Positions 39,666 to 52,444 of a stretch of DNA of 64,000 bases are shown here, piece after piece. Under the pieces are notes generated by a model that was not told the origin of the DNA, searched no databases, and saw only the letters and a program-made list of their open reading frames with translations. This stretch comes from an uncultured Candidatus Rokubacteria bacterium. Its GTDB lineage: Bacteria > Methylomirabilota > Methylomirabilia > Rokubacteriales > DASRDR01. The position numbers were made by a program, and so were the translations under genes. Numbering within the stretch: position 1 is the stretch's first letter; each line of letters starts with the position of its first letter. The DNA lies in the NCBI GenBank assembly GCA_963805625.1, contig CAWDVE010000017.1:160001-224000 (forward strand), read 5' to 3'.

Positions 39666-41985
39666 CGGCTCGGCGGCTCCGTCGACGCCCGGCCCCGGCG
39701 GCTTCCGGATCGTCGGCCAGCGGGCGCCCCGGCCCGACGCCACCGATAAAGTCTTCGGGCTCACGCGCTACGCCGACGACTTCGCCATGGGCGGCATGCT
39801 CCACGCGAAGGTCGTGCGCTCCCCCCGCCCCTCGGCGCGGATCGTCCGGATCGACGTGAGCGCGGCCGAGGCCGTGCCCGGAGTGCGGTGCGTTCTCACG
39901 GCGCGGGACGTCCCGCACAACGTCCTCTTCAGCGACGTCCCCGGTCAGACGACGACGGTGGGCCCCCTGCGCGCCCGGACCCAGGTGCTCGCGGAGGAGG
40001 TGGTGCGTTTTCTTGGAGAGCCCGTCGCGCTCGTGGCCGCGGAGAGCGAGGAGGCGGCGGAGGAGGGCGCCCGCCGCGTGACCGTCGAGTACACGGATCT
40101 TCCCGGCGTCTTCGATCCCGAGGCGGCGATGCGCCCCGACGCGCCCCAGCTCGAGCCGACCGGGAACGTCATCTCGCGCTGGAAGATCCGCAAGGGCCAC
40201 GTGGAGGCGGGCTTCCGCGAGGCCGATGTCGTCATCGAGCGGAGCTACCGGACGCCGTTCATCGACCACGCCTTCATCGAGCCCGAGGCCGGCGTCGCCT
40301 GGCTCGACGAGAACGGCGTGATCACGATCCGCGTGGCGACGCAGGTCATCGAGCACTTCCGCGACGTCGCCAACGTGCTGGGACTTCCCCATTCCCGGGT
40401 CCGGATCATCGCGCCGTACATCGGCGGCGGCTTCGGGGGCAAGGAGGACGTCACGGTCGAGGTGTTCCTCGGGCTCCTGGTCTGGAAGACCACGCGGCCG
40501 GTGAGGCTCTGCTACTCGCGCGAGGAATCGATCATCTCGCCGACGAAGCGGCACCCGTTCATCATGCGGTACAAGCACGGCGCCCGCCGGGACGGCACGC
40601 TCGTCGCGGTCGAGGTCGAACTCATCTCCGACGCCGGCGCCTACGCGTACCTGTCGCCGCTGACCCTCCTCTACGGCATGGTCCACGCTGCGGGGCCGTA
40701 CCGCATTCCCCACGTCAAGGTCGACGGGGTATCGGTCCTGACGAACAACCCGCCGACCTCCGCCTTCCGGGGCTTCGGCTCGGCGCAGCCGGCGTTCGCC
40801 TACGAGAGCCAGATGGACGAGCTGGCCCGGGCCCTCGGCCTGGACCCCCTTGCCTTCCGCGAGCGGAACTACCTCCGGAAGGGCGAGCGGCTGGCCTCGG
40901 GACAGGAGCTCGAGACGGCGGTGTGGCTGCCCGAGACCGCCCGCCGCGCCTCGGCCGCCCTCGGCCTTCCCCGCGCGCCCTCGGCCCCCGGCAAGCGCGT
41001 GGGACGGGGCATCGCGTCGGCGCTCACGTCCTACGGGCGGATCGTCTGGCTCCACGACTGGGCGAGCGCGTGGGTGGAGCTCCAGATGGACGGCACGGTC
41101 CTGGTCCGGACCGGCGTCCCCGACATCGGTGGCGGCCAGGCGGCCTCGCTGGTGCAGATCACGGCGGAGCTCCTGGGCGTGCCCCAGGCGGACATCGCCA
41201 TCCACATCGGCGACTCGGCGCTCACGCCGCTCGCGGGCACCACCACCGCCACCCGGCAGCTCTACATGTCGGGCTCCGCGGTGCACAAGGCGGCGAGCGA
41301 GCTCCGTGCGACGCTCATCACCCAGGCGGCCGAGCTGTTCGCCGCGCCCCCGGACGCCGTGGAGCTGGCCGACGGGGCGGCGGTGATGCGCGACGCGCCG
41401 GATCGGCGGGTGGCATTTGGGGAGCTGGCGGCGGCCTGCGCGCGTGCGCATCGGCCGCGATCGGCGTTCGCCATCTACCAGGCGCCGGCGGGGCAGGTGA
41501 TGGACTTCGAGACCGGGCAGGGGAAGGTGTTCCCGGACTTCACCTTCGGCTCACAGGCGGCCGATGTCGAGGTCGACGAGGCGACGGGGGAGGTCGCGGT
41601 GCTGGCGCTTGCGGCGTGCTACGACGTGGGCCGCGCCATCAATCGGAACTCGGTCGAGGGTCAGATGGAGGGCGGCGCCGCGATGGGTCTCGGCTACGCA
41701 CTCCTCGAGGAGGATCGGGTGGCGGAGGGAGTAACCCTCACGCCCAACCTCATGACCTACCTCATCCCGACGGCGCTCGACGTTCCCGACGTGACCACGA
41801 TTGTCCTCGAGTCCGGCGAGGGCATGGGCCCCTGGGGCGCCCGCGGGATCGGCGAGCCCGCGATGGTCCCGACCGCGCCTGCGATCGCCAACGCCGTTCG
41901 TGACGCGGTCGGCGTCCGCCTGACGCGCCTGCCGATCACGCCCGAGCGCCTCTGGCGCGCGATGCAGGACGCCCGGCCGTCCTGA
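39658..41985 (+). CDS. Xanthine dehydrogenase-family molybdopterin-binding subunit
   Basis: GGGFGGK, KRHP, AFRGFG, GQMEGG, GARGIGEP. Confidence 0.93.
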   Translation: MSDGSAAPSTPGPGGFRIVGQRAPRPDATDKVFGLTRYADDFAMGGMLHAKVVRSPRPSARIVRIDVSAAEAVPGVRCVLTARDVPHNVLFSDVPGQTTTVGPLRARTQVLAEEVVRFLGEPVALVAAESEEAAEEGARRVTVEYTDLPGVFDPEAAMRPDAPQLEPTGNVISRWKIRKGHVEAGFREADVVIERSYRTPFIDHAFIEPEAGVAWLDENGVITIRVATQVIEHFRDVANVLGLPHSRVRIIAPYIGGGFGGKEDVTVEVFLGLLVWKTTRPVRLCYSREESIISPTKRHPFIMRYKHGARRDGTLVAVEVELISDAGAYAYLSPLTLLYGMVHAAGPYRIPHVKVDGVSVLTNNPPTSAFRGFGSAQPAFAYESQMDELARALGLDPLAFRERNYLRKGERLASGQELETAVWLPETARRASAALGLPRAPSAPGKRVGRGIASALTSYGRIVWLHDWASAWVELQMDGTVLVRTGVPDIGGGQAASLVQITAELLGVPQADIAIHIGDSALTPLAGTTTATRQLYMSGSAVHKAASELRATLITQAAELFAAPPDAVELADGAAVMRDAPDRRVAFGELAAACARAHRPRSAFAIYQAPAGQVMDFETGQGKVFPDFTFGSQAADVEVDEATGEVAVLALAACYDVGRAINRNSVEGQMEGGAAMGLGYALLEEDRVAEGVTLTPNLMTYLIPTALDVPDVTTIVLESGEGMGPWGARGIGEPAMVPTAPAIANAVRDAVGVRLTRLPITPERLWRAMQDARPS

Positions 41986-42019
41986 CCGGCTGGCCCCCGA
42001 CCGCGGACGTGCCCAGCTG

Positions 42020-43189
42020 ATGGCGGCGACCCTGCCGGGGTCGCTCGCGGCGGTCCTCCGCCCGCTCCTGCCGCTCTTCGTCGTCGACGTCCTCACGGCC
42101 TTCACCGTCGGAATGGTGCCGCCGCTCCTGCCGCTGCTCGCCGACGAGTGGCAGCTGTCGCCGCTCCAGGCCGGGCTCATCAACACGGTCTACGCGCTTG
42201 GCCGCCTCGGGACCAGCTATCCGGCAAGCACGCTGCGCGCCCGTCACGGCACGCGTCGGGTGGTCTTCCTCGGCCTCGCGCTCCTGGTGACGAGCGTGGT
42301 GGCCTGCGGGCTGGCGCCGGTGTTCCTCGCCTTCCTGCTGGCCCGCCTGGTCATGGGCGTTGGGGCTTCGGCCGCGTTCCTCGCGATCTTCGCCGAGCTC
42401 CTCGAGACCGCGCCGGCCGCGTGGCGGGGCCGGCTCACGAACCTGTTCGAGGGCATGGCGATCCTGAGCCTCGGGATCGGGAGCACGCTGGGGGCCTGGG
42501 TCGCAGGCCAGGTGGGCTGGCGGTGGGTGTTCGTGGGCGCGGGGCCGGTGCTCCTCCTCTGCGGTCTCGTGTGGCGCGCGCTCGGGGCCGCGGCTGGCCG
42601 TCACGTGGTCGAGGCCGCGGTGGCGGATCAGCCGGACCGGCGCCTCGCCCATCGCCGCCTCCTGCCCGTGTACACTGCGAGCCTTAGCCTGTCGATGACG
42701 TGGGCCGGCCTCTTCGCGACGATGGCGCCGCTCCTCGGTCACGCGCGGTACGGGCTCGGCTCCGGCCCCCTCGGCCTCGCGCTCAGCGCCGGGTACGCGG
42801 CGGAGCTGGCCGGGCTCCTCGGGGTCGGGCTCGTCATCGATCGGATCCGCCGGGAGCCCATCTTCTTCGTAGGGGCGGGGGCGGTGGCAGCTGGCGGCCT
42901 GGTCCTGGCGGCCGGCACGCATCCCGCCGTCTTCGTCCTCGGGCTCGTCCTGGTCGGCGGCGGGTTCGCGGTCTGGATGGTGCCGGCTATCGTGCTGGCC
43001 GACCGCGTGGGCACCCCCATGCCCCCGGGTTACTTCGCCGTCTACCGGATCGCCATGGACGCGGGGATGATCGTCGGGCCGCTCGCGCTCGGCGCCGTGG
43101 CCGATCTCCTCGGCGCTCGTGCGGCCGTCGGGAGCGCCGGGTTCGCGCTAGTCGCCGGGGCGGTAGCGCTCACGCTCGGGCGGCGCTGA
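42020..43189 (+). CDS. MFS transporter
   Basis: About 12 TM segments, motif-A-like RARHGTRRV and DRIRREP, ARLVMGVG. Confidence 0.85.
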   Translation: MAATLPGSLAAVLRPLLPLFVVDVLTAFTVGMVPPLLPLLADEWQLSPLQAGLINTVYALGRLGTSYPASTLRARHGTRRVVFLGLALLVTSVVACGLAPVFLAFLLARLVMGVGASAAFLAIFAELLETAPAAWRGRLTNLFEGMAILSLGIGSTLGAWVAGQVGWRWVFVGAGPVLLLCGLVWRALGAAAGRHVVEAAVADQPDRRLAHRRLLPVYTASLSLSMTWAGLFATMAPLLGHARYGLGSGPLGLALSAGYAAELAGLLGVGLVIDRIRREPIFFVGAGAVAAGGLVLAAGTHPAVFVLGLVLVGGGFAVWMVPAIVLADRVGTPMPPGYFAVYRIAMDAGMIVGPLALGAVADLLGARAAVGSAGFALVAGAVALTLGRR

Positions 43190-43212
43190 CGCCGAGTGCT
43201 ATACTCCCGCGG

Positions 43213-43806
43213 GTGAAGGCCGGTCTCGTCGTCCTCGCGGTCGTCGCGCTCGCGGTCATCGTCGCCCTCGGATGGTTCGTCTCGATCAGCAACGATCTCG
43301 TCGCGCGCGAGCAGGCGGTCCACGAGGCGTGGGCGCAGGTCCAGAACGTCTACCAGCGCCGGGCCGACCTGATCCCGAACCTCGTGGAGACCGTCAAGGG
43401 CTTCGCCGCCCAGGAACGGGCCGTCCTGGAGGAGGTCACCCGCGCCCGCGCGAGCGTGGCGGGGATGCAGGTCACGCCCGAGATCCTGCGGGACCCGGAG
43501 GCGCTCCGGAAGTTCCAGGAGGCGCAGGCCCAGCTGGGCGGTGCGCTCGGCCGACTGCTGGCCGTCGTCGAGCGCTATCCCGACCTCAAATCGAACCAGA
43601 ACTTCCTGGCGCTGCAGAGCCAGCTCGAGGGGACCGAGAACCGAATCGCGGTCGAGCGCCGCCGCTACAACGAGGCCGTGCGCGAGTACAACACCGCGAT
43701 CCGGCGCTTCCCGGGGAGCCTGGTCGCCTCGCTCCGAGGCTTCCCGGAGCGGCCCTACTTCGAGGCGACGCCCGGCAGCGAGGTGCCCCCGGCGATCAAG
43801 TTCTGA
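43213..43806 (+). CDS. lemA: LemA family protein
   Basis: YQRRADLIPNLVETVKG, ERYPDLKSNQNF..LQ.QLEGTENRIAVERRRYN. Confidence 0.93.
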   Translation: MKAGLVVLAVVALAVIVALGWFVSISNDLVAREQAVHEAWAQVQNVYQRRADLIPNLVETVKGFAAQERAVLEEVTRARASVAGMQVTPEILRDPEALRKFQEAQAQLGGALGRLLAVVERYPDLKSNQNFLALQSQLEGTENRIAVERRRYNEAVREYNTAIRRFPGSLVASLRGFPERPYFEATPGSEVPPAIKF

Positions 43807-43863
43807 CCGAGGCCGGGAGGTCCCGCGCCGGGCCGCGACGGCGCGGCGCGACGGCGCGGTGGT

Positions 43864-43892
43864 TTGACAGGGGCTTCCCCCTCCGCTAGCAT
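43864..43892 (+). promoter_or_regulatory. Sigma70 promoter of ftsH
   Basis: TTGACA-N17-TAGCAT. Confidence 0.7.
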
Positions 43893-43912
43893 TTTTCTGC
43901 GGTAATCCTTCG

Positions 43913-45817
43913 ATGAAACCCCGCATCCGTCAGCAAGCTCGGTTCTCCGCCCTCTACATCGCGGGCGCGGTGATCGTGCTGATCTTCCTCCAGAGCTGGC
44001 TGCTCACACCCCAGGCTCAGGAGATCCCCATCAGCCGGCTGGTGGAGTGGGTCCGCGAGGACCGGGTCGCCCGCGTCTCCTTCGGCGAGCGGGAGATCCG
44101 GGGCGTCCTCAAGGAGCCGATCCCCGATGCGCCGGTCCCGGCACCCCAGTGGCTTGCTCGCCTCACCGGATGGACGCCGGGGGTCCTGTTCGCCACCGTG
44201 CGCATTCCCGGTGCCGACGACGCGGCGCTCTTGCGCGAGCTCGAGGCCCACAAGGTCGAGTTCTCGGGCCGGATCGAGTCCACCCTGGTCCGGGATCTGA
44301 TCTTCGGCTGGCTCCTGCCGATCGGCGTGATGGCGGGGATCTGGATCTTCCTCATGCGGCGCATGGGCGGCGGGCCGACCCAGGCGCTCACGTTCGGGCG
44401 CTCCAAGGTCAAGATCTACGACCGCAAGGAGCTCAAGACGACCTTCGCCGACGTTGCCGGCGTCGACGAGGCGAGGGCGGAGCTCGTGGAGGTCGTCGAC
44501 TTCCTGCGCAACCCGCAGAAGTACCAGCGGCTGGGCGGCCGCATTCCGAAGGGCGTCCTGATCGTCGGGCCGCCGGGCAGCGGCAAGACGCTCCTCGCCC
44601 GCGCGGTGGCGGGCGAGGCCGACGTGCCGTTCTTCTTCCTGTCGGGCTCGGAGTTCGTCGAGATGTTCGTCGGCGTCGGGGCGGCCCGCGTGCGGGACCT
44701 CTTCGAGCAGGCCAAGGAGAAGGCGCCTTGCATCGTCTTCATCGACGAGCTGGACGCCATCGGCAAGAGCCGCGCCGGCGCGACTGGCTTCGTCGGGGGC
44801 CACGACGAGCGTGAGCAGACGCTCAACCAACTCCTGGTCGAGATGGATGGGTTCGACTCCTCCAAGGGCGTCATCATCATGGCGGCCACGAACCGGCCCG
44901 AGGTCCTGGACGCGGCGCTCCTCCGGGCCGGGCGCTTCGACCGTCAGGTGGTTGTGGATCGGCCGGACGTCCGCGGCCGGGAGGCGATCCTGCGGGTCCA
45001 CGCGCGCCACGTCCGGCTCGCCCCGGAGGTGAGCCTCCAGGTCATCGCGGCACGGACCCCGGGATTCGCGGGGGCGGACCTCGCGAACATCCTGAACGAG
45101 GCGGCCCTCCTGGCCGCCCGTAAGGGCAAGGAGTCCGTCGAGCAGGCGGACCTCGAGGAGGCGATCGACCGCGTGGTCGCAGGGATGGAGCGCCGGAGCC
45201 GCGTGCTCTCCGAGACCGAGCGTGACATCGTCGCGCATCACGAGATGGGTCACGCGCTCGTGGCGTCCTCGGTGCCCCACGCCGATCCCGTGCACAAGGT
45301 GTCGATCATCCCACGCGGTGTGGCGGCGCTCGGCATCACCTACCAGCTGCCCACGGAGGACCGGTACATCCTGCGCCAGAGCGAGCTCGAGGACCGGATC
45401 GCTGTGATGCTCGGCGGCCACGCGGCGGAGGAGCTCGTGTATGGCGAGCTTTCCACCGGGGCGCACAACGACCTCGAGCGGGCCGCGGCGGTGGCCCGGG
45501 CGATGGTCATGCGGTACGGGATGTCGCAGCGGCTCGGCCCGCTCACCTTCGGCGGGGATGGCGGCCCGGGCTTCCTGCGCCGGAACGGTTCCGGCTGGGA
45601 GGGGGGCGAGCGGGAGTACAGCGAGGAGACCGCCCGCGCGATTGACGAGGAGGTCCGGCGCATCGTCGACCAGACGTACGAGCGGGTTCGTGCGATCCTC
45701 GGAGCCAAGAAGGACGTTCTGCTCCGTGCCGCCGAGGTGCTGAAGGTGCGCGAGACGCTCGAGGGCGACGAGCTCCGGCGGCTGCTCGCCGGGGACCCGG
45801 TCCCCGCCGGCGCCTGA
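43913..45817 (+). CDS. ftsH: ATP-dependent zinc metalloprotease FtsH
   Basis: Two TM helices, [26 protein letters not shown] zinc motif. Confidence 0.95.
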   Translation: MKPRIRQQARFSALYIAGAVIVLIFLQSWLLTPQAQEIPISRLVEWVREDRVARVSFGEREIRGVLKEPIPDAPVPAPQWLARLTGWTPGVLFATVRIPGADDAALLRELEAHKVEFSGRIESTLVRDLIFGWLLPIGVMAGIWIFLMRRMGGGPTQALTFGRSKVKIYDRKELKTTFADVAGVDEARAELVEVVDFLRNPQKYQRLGGRIPKGVLIVGPPGSGKTLLARAVAGEADVPFFFLSGSEFVEMFVGVGAARVRDLFEQAKEKAPCIVFIDELDAIGKSRAGATGFVGGHDEREQTLNQLLVEMDGFDSSKGVIIMAATNRPEVLDAALLRAGRFDRQVVVDRPDVRGREAILRVHARHVRLAPEVSLQVIAARTPGFAGADLANILNEAALLAARKGKESVEQADLEEAIDRVVAGMERRSRVLSETERDIVAHHEMGHALVASSVPHADPVHKVSIIPRGVAALGITYQLPTEDRYILRQSELEDRIAVMLGGHAAEELVYGELSTGAHNDLERAAAVARAMVMRYGMSQRLGPLTFGGDGGPGFLRRNGSGWEGGEREYSEETARAIDEEVRRIVDQTYERVRAILGAKKDVLLRAAEVLKVRETLEGDELRRLLAGDPVPAGA

Positions 45818-45849
45818 CCAGGCGGCGCCGCGCCTGCTAGAATTCCTCC

Positions 45850-46917
45850 GTGGCCGTCACCTACAAGGACTACTATAAGACCCTCGGCGTCCCGAAGACC
45901 GCTGACGCCAAGGCGATCAAGCAGGCCTACCGGAAGCTCGCGCGCAAGTACCATCCGGACCAGAACCCGGGCAACACCGCCGCCGCCGATCGCTTCAAGG
46001 AGATCAACGAGGCCAACGAGGTCCTCTCCGATCCGGAGAAGCGTCAGCGGTACGACACGCTGGGCCCGGACTGGGCCCGCTACGCGGAGGCGGGCGCCGG
46101 CGGGTTTGGCGTGCGGCCGGGCGGCCCGGGCGGACCCGGCCCGGGCGGTTACCGGGTTCACGTCGATGAGTCGGGTGGCCTCGGCGACTTCTCGGAGTTC
46201 TTCCGCACGATCTTCGGGGATCTCGGCACCCGCGGGCGCCCGTTCGAGGGCGTCGAGTTCGAGGAGCGCGATCCGTTCCGCGGTGGGGGGCGCGGGCGGC
46301 GGGGTGGCGACCTCGAGGCCGAGGTCGAGATCACTCTGGAAGAAGCCCATGCCGGGGCCCGGCGGACCGTCGAGTTCCAGCAGCTCGAGCCATGCGGCAC
46401 GTGCCACGGCACGGGACGCCAGGGCAAAGGGACATGCTCGACGTGCGGCGGCTCTGGCCAGATGCCTCGCAGCTACCGGGTCGAGGTGAAGATCCCCGCC
46501 GGTGTTCGGGACGGCTCGCGGGTCCGTGCCGCGGGCGAGGGTGGGGCCGGTACGGGCGGGGGGATCCGCGGGGATCTCTATCTTCGCGTGCATGTGACGC
46601 CGCACCCCCTCTTCGAGCGCCGCGAGGACGATCTCCACGTCGAGCTGCCGATCGGCGTCTGGGAGGCCGCGCTCGGCGCCGAGGTCGAGGTGCCCACGCT
46701 CCGCGGCAAGGTCTCGATGAAGATTCCGCCCGAGACGAGCAGCGGGCGGACGTTCCGGCTCCCGGGCTACGGCCTCCCGCACGTGAAGGGTGGCGGGCGG
46801 GGCGATCAGTTCATCCGCGTCCGTATCGCAATGCCCCGCGACCTCACGGCCGCCGAGCGCGCCCTCTTCGAGCAGCTCCGGAGCCTTCGCCCCGCGCCTC
46901 CGCGCGAGACCGCCTGA
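45850..46917 (+). CDS. dnaJ: DnaJ-family co-chaperone with a shortened zinc finger
   Basis: J domain (KDYY, HPD), G/F region, only two CxxCxGxG repeats, DnaJ C-terminal domain. Confidence 0.85.
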   Translation: MAVTYKDYYKTLGVPKTADAKAIKQAYRKLARKYHPDQNPGNTAAADRFKEINEANEVLSDPEKRQRYDTLGPDWARYAEAGAGGFGVRPGGPGGPGPGGYRVHVDESGGLGDFSEFFRTIFGDLGTRGRPFEGVEFEERDPFRGGGRGRRGGDLEAEVEITLEEAHAGARRTVEFQQLEPCGTCHGTGRQGKGTCSTCGGSGQMPRSYRVEVKIPAGVRDGSRVRAAGEGGAGTGGGIRGDLYLRVHVTPHPLFERREDDLHVELPIGVWEAALGAEVEVPTLRGKVSMKIPPETSSGRTFRLPGYGLPHVKGGGRGDQFIRVRIAMPRDLTAAERALFEQLRSLRPAPPRETA

Positions 46918-46981
46918 AGCATCGGGCATGTCTGGCCACAGGGCGATCCGCCCGACTGGCTGTCCGTTGGTTGACGGCTTT

Positions 46982-47045
46982 TTGACAGTGTCCGGGGGCC
47001 TGCTAGACTCCTCACTGATCCCGCGTGACGCATGGCGCGGGATCA
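46982..47045 (+). promoter_or_regulatory. clpB promoter and a 10-bp inverted repeat at the predicted start site
   Basis: TTGACA-N16-TAGACT with extended TG; TGATCCCGCG-N10-CGCGGGATCA at 47016-47045. Confidence 0.65.
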
Positions 47046-47068
47046 TTTGTTAAGGGCAAGGAGGGCGC

Positions 47069-49672
<2,604 letters not shown>

Positions 49673-49693
49673 TCGGCCCGCGCTACGCGGGCC

Positions 49694-49780
49694 TGAGCCC
49701 ACCGGCTGCCACAGATCGAAGACCGTCCGATCGAAACGTCCGATCAGCTCCCACGCAGCCCGGGTAGCCCAGTGAGCGAG
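49694..49780 (+). repeat. Dispersed ~80-bp miniature element, copy 1, flanked by TGAGC direct repeats
   Basis: Aligns end to end with 61555-61642; TGAGC at 49694-49698 and 49773-49777. Confidence 0.75.
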
Positions 49781-50505
49781 GGTCCGGTCCCGAGCGTGGC
49801 GCCGGGCGCCCGCTCGACGGGGCGGCTGGCCGCGGGCGCGGGCTGGCAGGGCACGGGGTACGTGAGGCGGCGGCCCTGGGGGGCGTAAGGCTGCCCTGAC
49901 ACGAAGCACGGGTTGGCCGCGATCCAGTGGCGGGTCGGATCCTCCCAGCCCCCGTCGATCCACTCCCCGCAGAGTCCCCCCTCGCGCCGGCAGACCCCGA
50001 AGTGTAGGTGCGGCGCCGTCGCGTTGCCGGTCGCGCCGACCCGTCCGATGACCTCACCCCGCCGCACGACCTGGCCACCCACGACCTCCACCGCCGAGAG
50101 GTGGTAGTACGCCGTCGTGAGATCGACGTCGTGCTCGATCACGATGAGTCGCCCGGCGAAGGCCTGGAAGCCGGTCCGGAGCACCACCCCGTCAGCGGCG
50201 GCCAGCAGCGGCGTCCCTGTCGTCGCCCGGATGTCGATCCCCGCGTGACGCGTCGGGGTCGCCGCGCCGCCCTCGCCGCGCCACTCCCCGAACCGCGAGA
50301 TGATCGGGGGCGGCACCAGGGCGAGGAGGCCGGGAGTCTCGGGAGGCGGCGGTAGCAGCGCCGGCCGTGGCGGCTCGACGGCGCAGCCCGTCACCGACAG
50401 GAGGAGCAGGAGGATCCGCCCGCCGCGTGTGAGGCATCGGAGGGGCCGGGCTGCCGGGGCCCGCCGCGTCCGGCGGCGCCAGTCGGGCGGGGTCGCGCCT
50501 CTCAC
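49744..50505 (-). CDS. M23 family metallopeptidase (lipoprotein)
   Basis: LLLLLSVTGC lipobox, HAGID, YYHL, GNATAPHLHF; the GTG at 50505 overlaps the ggt stop (start uncertain). Confidence 0.82.
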   Translation of the reverse strand: MRGATPPDWRRRTRRAPAARPLRCLTRGGRILLLLLSVTGCAVEPPRPALLPPPPETPGLLALVPPPIISRFGEWRGEGGAATPTRHAGIDIRATTGTPLLAAADGVVLRTGFQAFAGRLIVIEHDVDLTTAYYHLSAVEVVGGQVVRRGEVIGRVGATGNATAPHLHFGVCRREGGLCGEWIDGGWEDPTRHWIAANPCFVSGQPYAPQGRRLTYPVPCQPAPAASRPVERAPGATLGTGPSLTGLPGLRGS

Positions 50506-52319
50506 CACGCCACCGCGTAGGAGTCGCGGCGCGGGTCGGCCGCGCCCCAGCGGATCCCGGCGTCGTCGACTCGCGCCAGACACACGCCACCGGCGCGCCA
50601 TTCCCAGTCCCTCCAGCGCTCGACCTCGTGACCGCGGGCGCGCAGCGCCGCGGCGGTGGCCTCCGGGAGGCGACCCTCGAGGGTGACGCGGCCCGGGAAG
50701 TAGCGGTGGGGCCAGAACGAGTCCGGGAACGACTGGGTCGCAAAGCGGGGCGCCTCGACGGCGCGCTGCGGGCTCATGCCGAAGACGACTATGTTGAGAA
50801 GGACCTGGAGCATCGCCTGGAGCTGAACGTCACCACCCGGTGTCCCGAGCGCCATCACGTCCCCGCCGGGTCCCAGAACCAAGGCGGGACTGGGGGTCAG
50901 CCTCGGACGCTTGCCCGGCGCGACGGCGCTCGCGTGCCCGGGCTCGAGCCAGCCCTGGGATCCGCGCGAGGACACGGCGAGCCCCGTGCCGGGAATGACG
51001 GGCGTGTCGGTCGACACGTCACTCGGGGTGGCCGAGAAGGCGTTACCCTCGCGGTCGACCACGGCGGCGTACGAGGTGCCGAGCGTGGCCGGACCGCCGG
51101 CGATGGCCGCGGCGGCGCGGGACCCGGGGCGGGGCGGCGCGCCCGCCGGGGCACCCGGATGCGGCATTGCCGGCCAGGCGCGGTCGGGATCGATGAGACC
51201 ACGGCGCCCGGCCGCGTAGGCCGGGTCGAGGAGGCCGGCTCCGGGCACCTCCACGTGGCGGGGGTCTCCGTAGAAGGCCTCCCGGTCGGCGAACGCGAGC
51301 TTCATCGCCTCCGTGATCGTGTGGACGTAGTCCGGCGTGTTGTGACCGAGCGCGGCGAGATCGATCCCGTCGAGGATCTGGAGCATCTGGAGGAACGCCG
51401 GCCCCTGGCACCAAAACCCGCAGGTGAGGACCTCGCGGGACCCGATCCGGGCCCGCGCCGGCGGCTCCACGCCGACCCGGAATCCGGCGAGATCCTCGCG
51501 CGTGAGGAGCCCGCCCTCGGCTGCGTGGTAGCGCGCGATGGCGGCCGCGACGTCGCCCCGGTAGAAGGCGTTGCGCGCGGCCGTGAGGCCGGCGACCCGA
51601 CCAGCACGGCGGCCGCCCCGGTCCTCGTCGGCCAGGTAGCCGAGGGTGCGGCCGAGGTCGGCCTGGACGAAACGCTCGCCGGCCCGCGGGATCCGCCCGC
51701 CCGGCAGGTAGATCGGCGCCGAGGTGGGCCATCGCCGGTAGGCGTCCGCGTTGGCCTGGATGATCCCGGCGACGAACCGGCCGAGGGGGAAGCCTTCCCG
51801 GGCGAACTCGATCGCCGGCTGGGCGACCTCCGCGAAGCCGAGGGTGCCGAAGCGCTCGAGCGCGGTGATCCAGGCGTCGGGCGCCGCCGGGACGACAGTC
51901 CGGAGGAGGCCGTCGGGCATGTCGCCCTTGCAGTGGTCGCGGAAGTATTCGAGGGTCGCCGCCCGCGGCCACACGCCCAGACCCGAGATCGTCGTCACCT
52001 CGCGACGGCTGGCCTCGTAGACCATGATCGGCGCGACCCCGGCGAAGCTGACGATGTCGGAATGGACCACGCCGAGGCAGATCCCGGCCGCCACGCCGGC
52101 GTCGACGGCGTTTCCCCCCGCCTCGAGGATGCGGTGTGCCGCGAGGGCCGCCAGCGGGTGGCCTGCGGCGACCGCGTGGTGCGTGCCGAGGGCGTCTGGG
52201 CGGAGCGCGTGCGCCGCAGCGGCCGGTCCGGTCAGAGTCTCGAGTGGGGCCGCGGCGACGCCCGGATGAGGGGCGCGACCGCTATGCTCGCTCGGAGGCC
52301 GGTACGAGTCGACCGTCAT
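50502..52319 (-). CDS. ggt: Gamma-glutamyltransferase family protein
   Basis: GGNAVDAG, KLAFADR..FYGDP, nucleophile GTSY..VVD..GN, PGKRPR.T..P, GTPGGD.Q, ADPRR. Confidence 0.92.
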   Translation of the reverse strand: MTVDSYRPPSEHSGRAPHPGVAAAPLETLTGPAAAAHALRPDALGTHHAVAAGHPLAALAAHRILEAGGNAVDAGVAAGICLGVVHSDIVSFAGVAPIMVYEASRREVTTISGLGVWPRAATLEYFRDHCKGDMPDGLLRTVVPAAPDAWITALERFGTLGFAEVAQPAIEFAREGFPLGRFVAGIIQANADAYRRWPTSAPIYLPGGRIPRAGERFVQADLGRTLGYLADEDRGGRRAGRVAGLTAARNAFYRGDVAAAIARYHAAEGGLLTREDLAGFRVGVEPPARARIGSREVLTCGFWCQGPAFLQMLQILDGIDLAALGHNTPDYVHTITEAMKLAFADREAFYGDPRHVEVPGAGLLDPAYAAGRRGLIDPDRAWPAMPHPGAPAGAPPRPGSRAAAAIAGGPATLGTSYAAVVDREGNAFSATPSDVSTDTPVIPGTGLAVSSRGSQGWLEPGHASAVAPGKRPRLTPSPALVLGPGGDVMALGTPGGDVQLQAMLQVLLNIVVFGMSPQRAVEAPRFATQSFPDSFWPHRYFPGRVTLEGRLPEATAAALRARGHEVERWRDWEWRAGGVCLARVDDAGIRWGAADPRRDSYAVAW

Positions 52320-52408
52320 CGTGTGATCATCGTGTCAACGCCTCCCCGGCCGGGGGGTTCCGGCTATGGCACCACAGACCGGAGCCGGGGTCAATCCAAA
52401 TCGGTGTT

Positions 52409-52437
52409 TTGACAGGCAAGCCGCACGGTGCTAGCGT
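52409..52437 (+). promoter_or_regulatory. Sigma70 promoter, probably leaderless
   Basis: TTGACA-N17-TAGCGT with extended TG, 7 nt before GTG 52445. Confidence 0.65.
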
Positions 52438-52444
52438 GGCCACC

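Noticed and set aside
38320-41985. Aerobic CO dehydrogenase (coxMSL order)
   Set aside because: The large subunit has AFRGFG, not the form I CoxL motif AYXCSFR; it is a generic xanthine dehydrogenase-family enzyme.
43164-43201. CIRCE-like half sites TAGCGCTC and GAGTGCTA upstream of lemA-ftsH-dnaJ-clpB
   Set aside because: The spacer is 22 nt, not 9; the left half lies in MFS coding sequence and the right half is explained by the extended -10 box.
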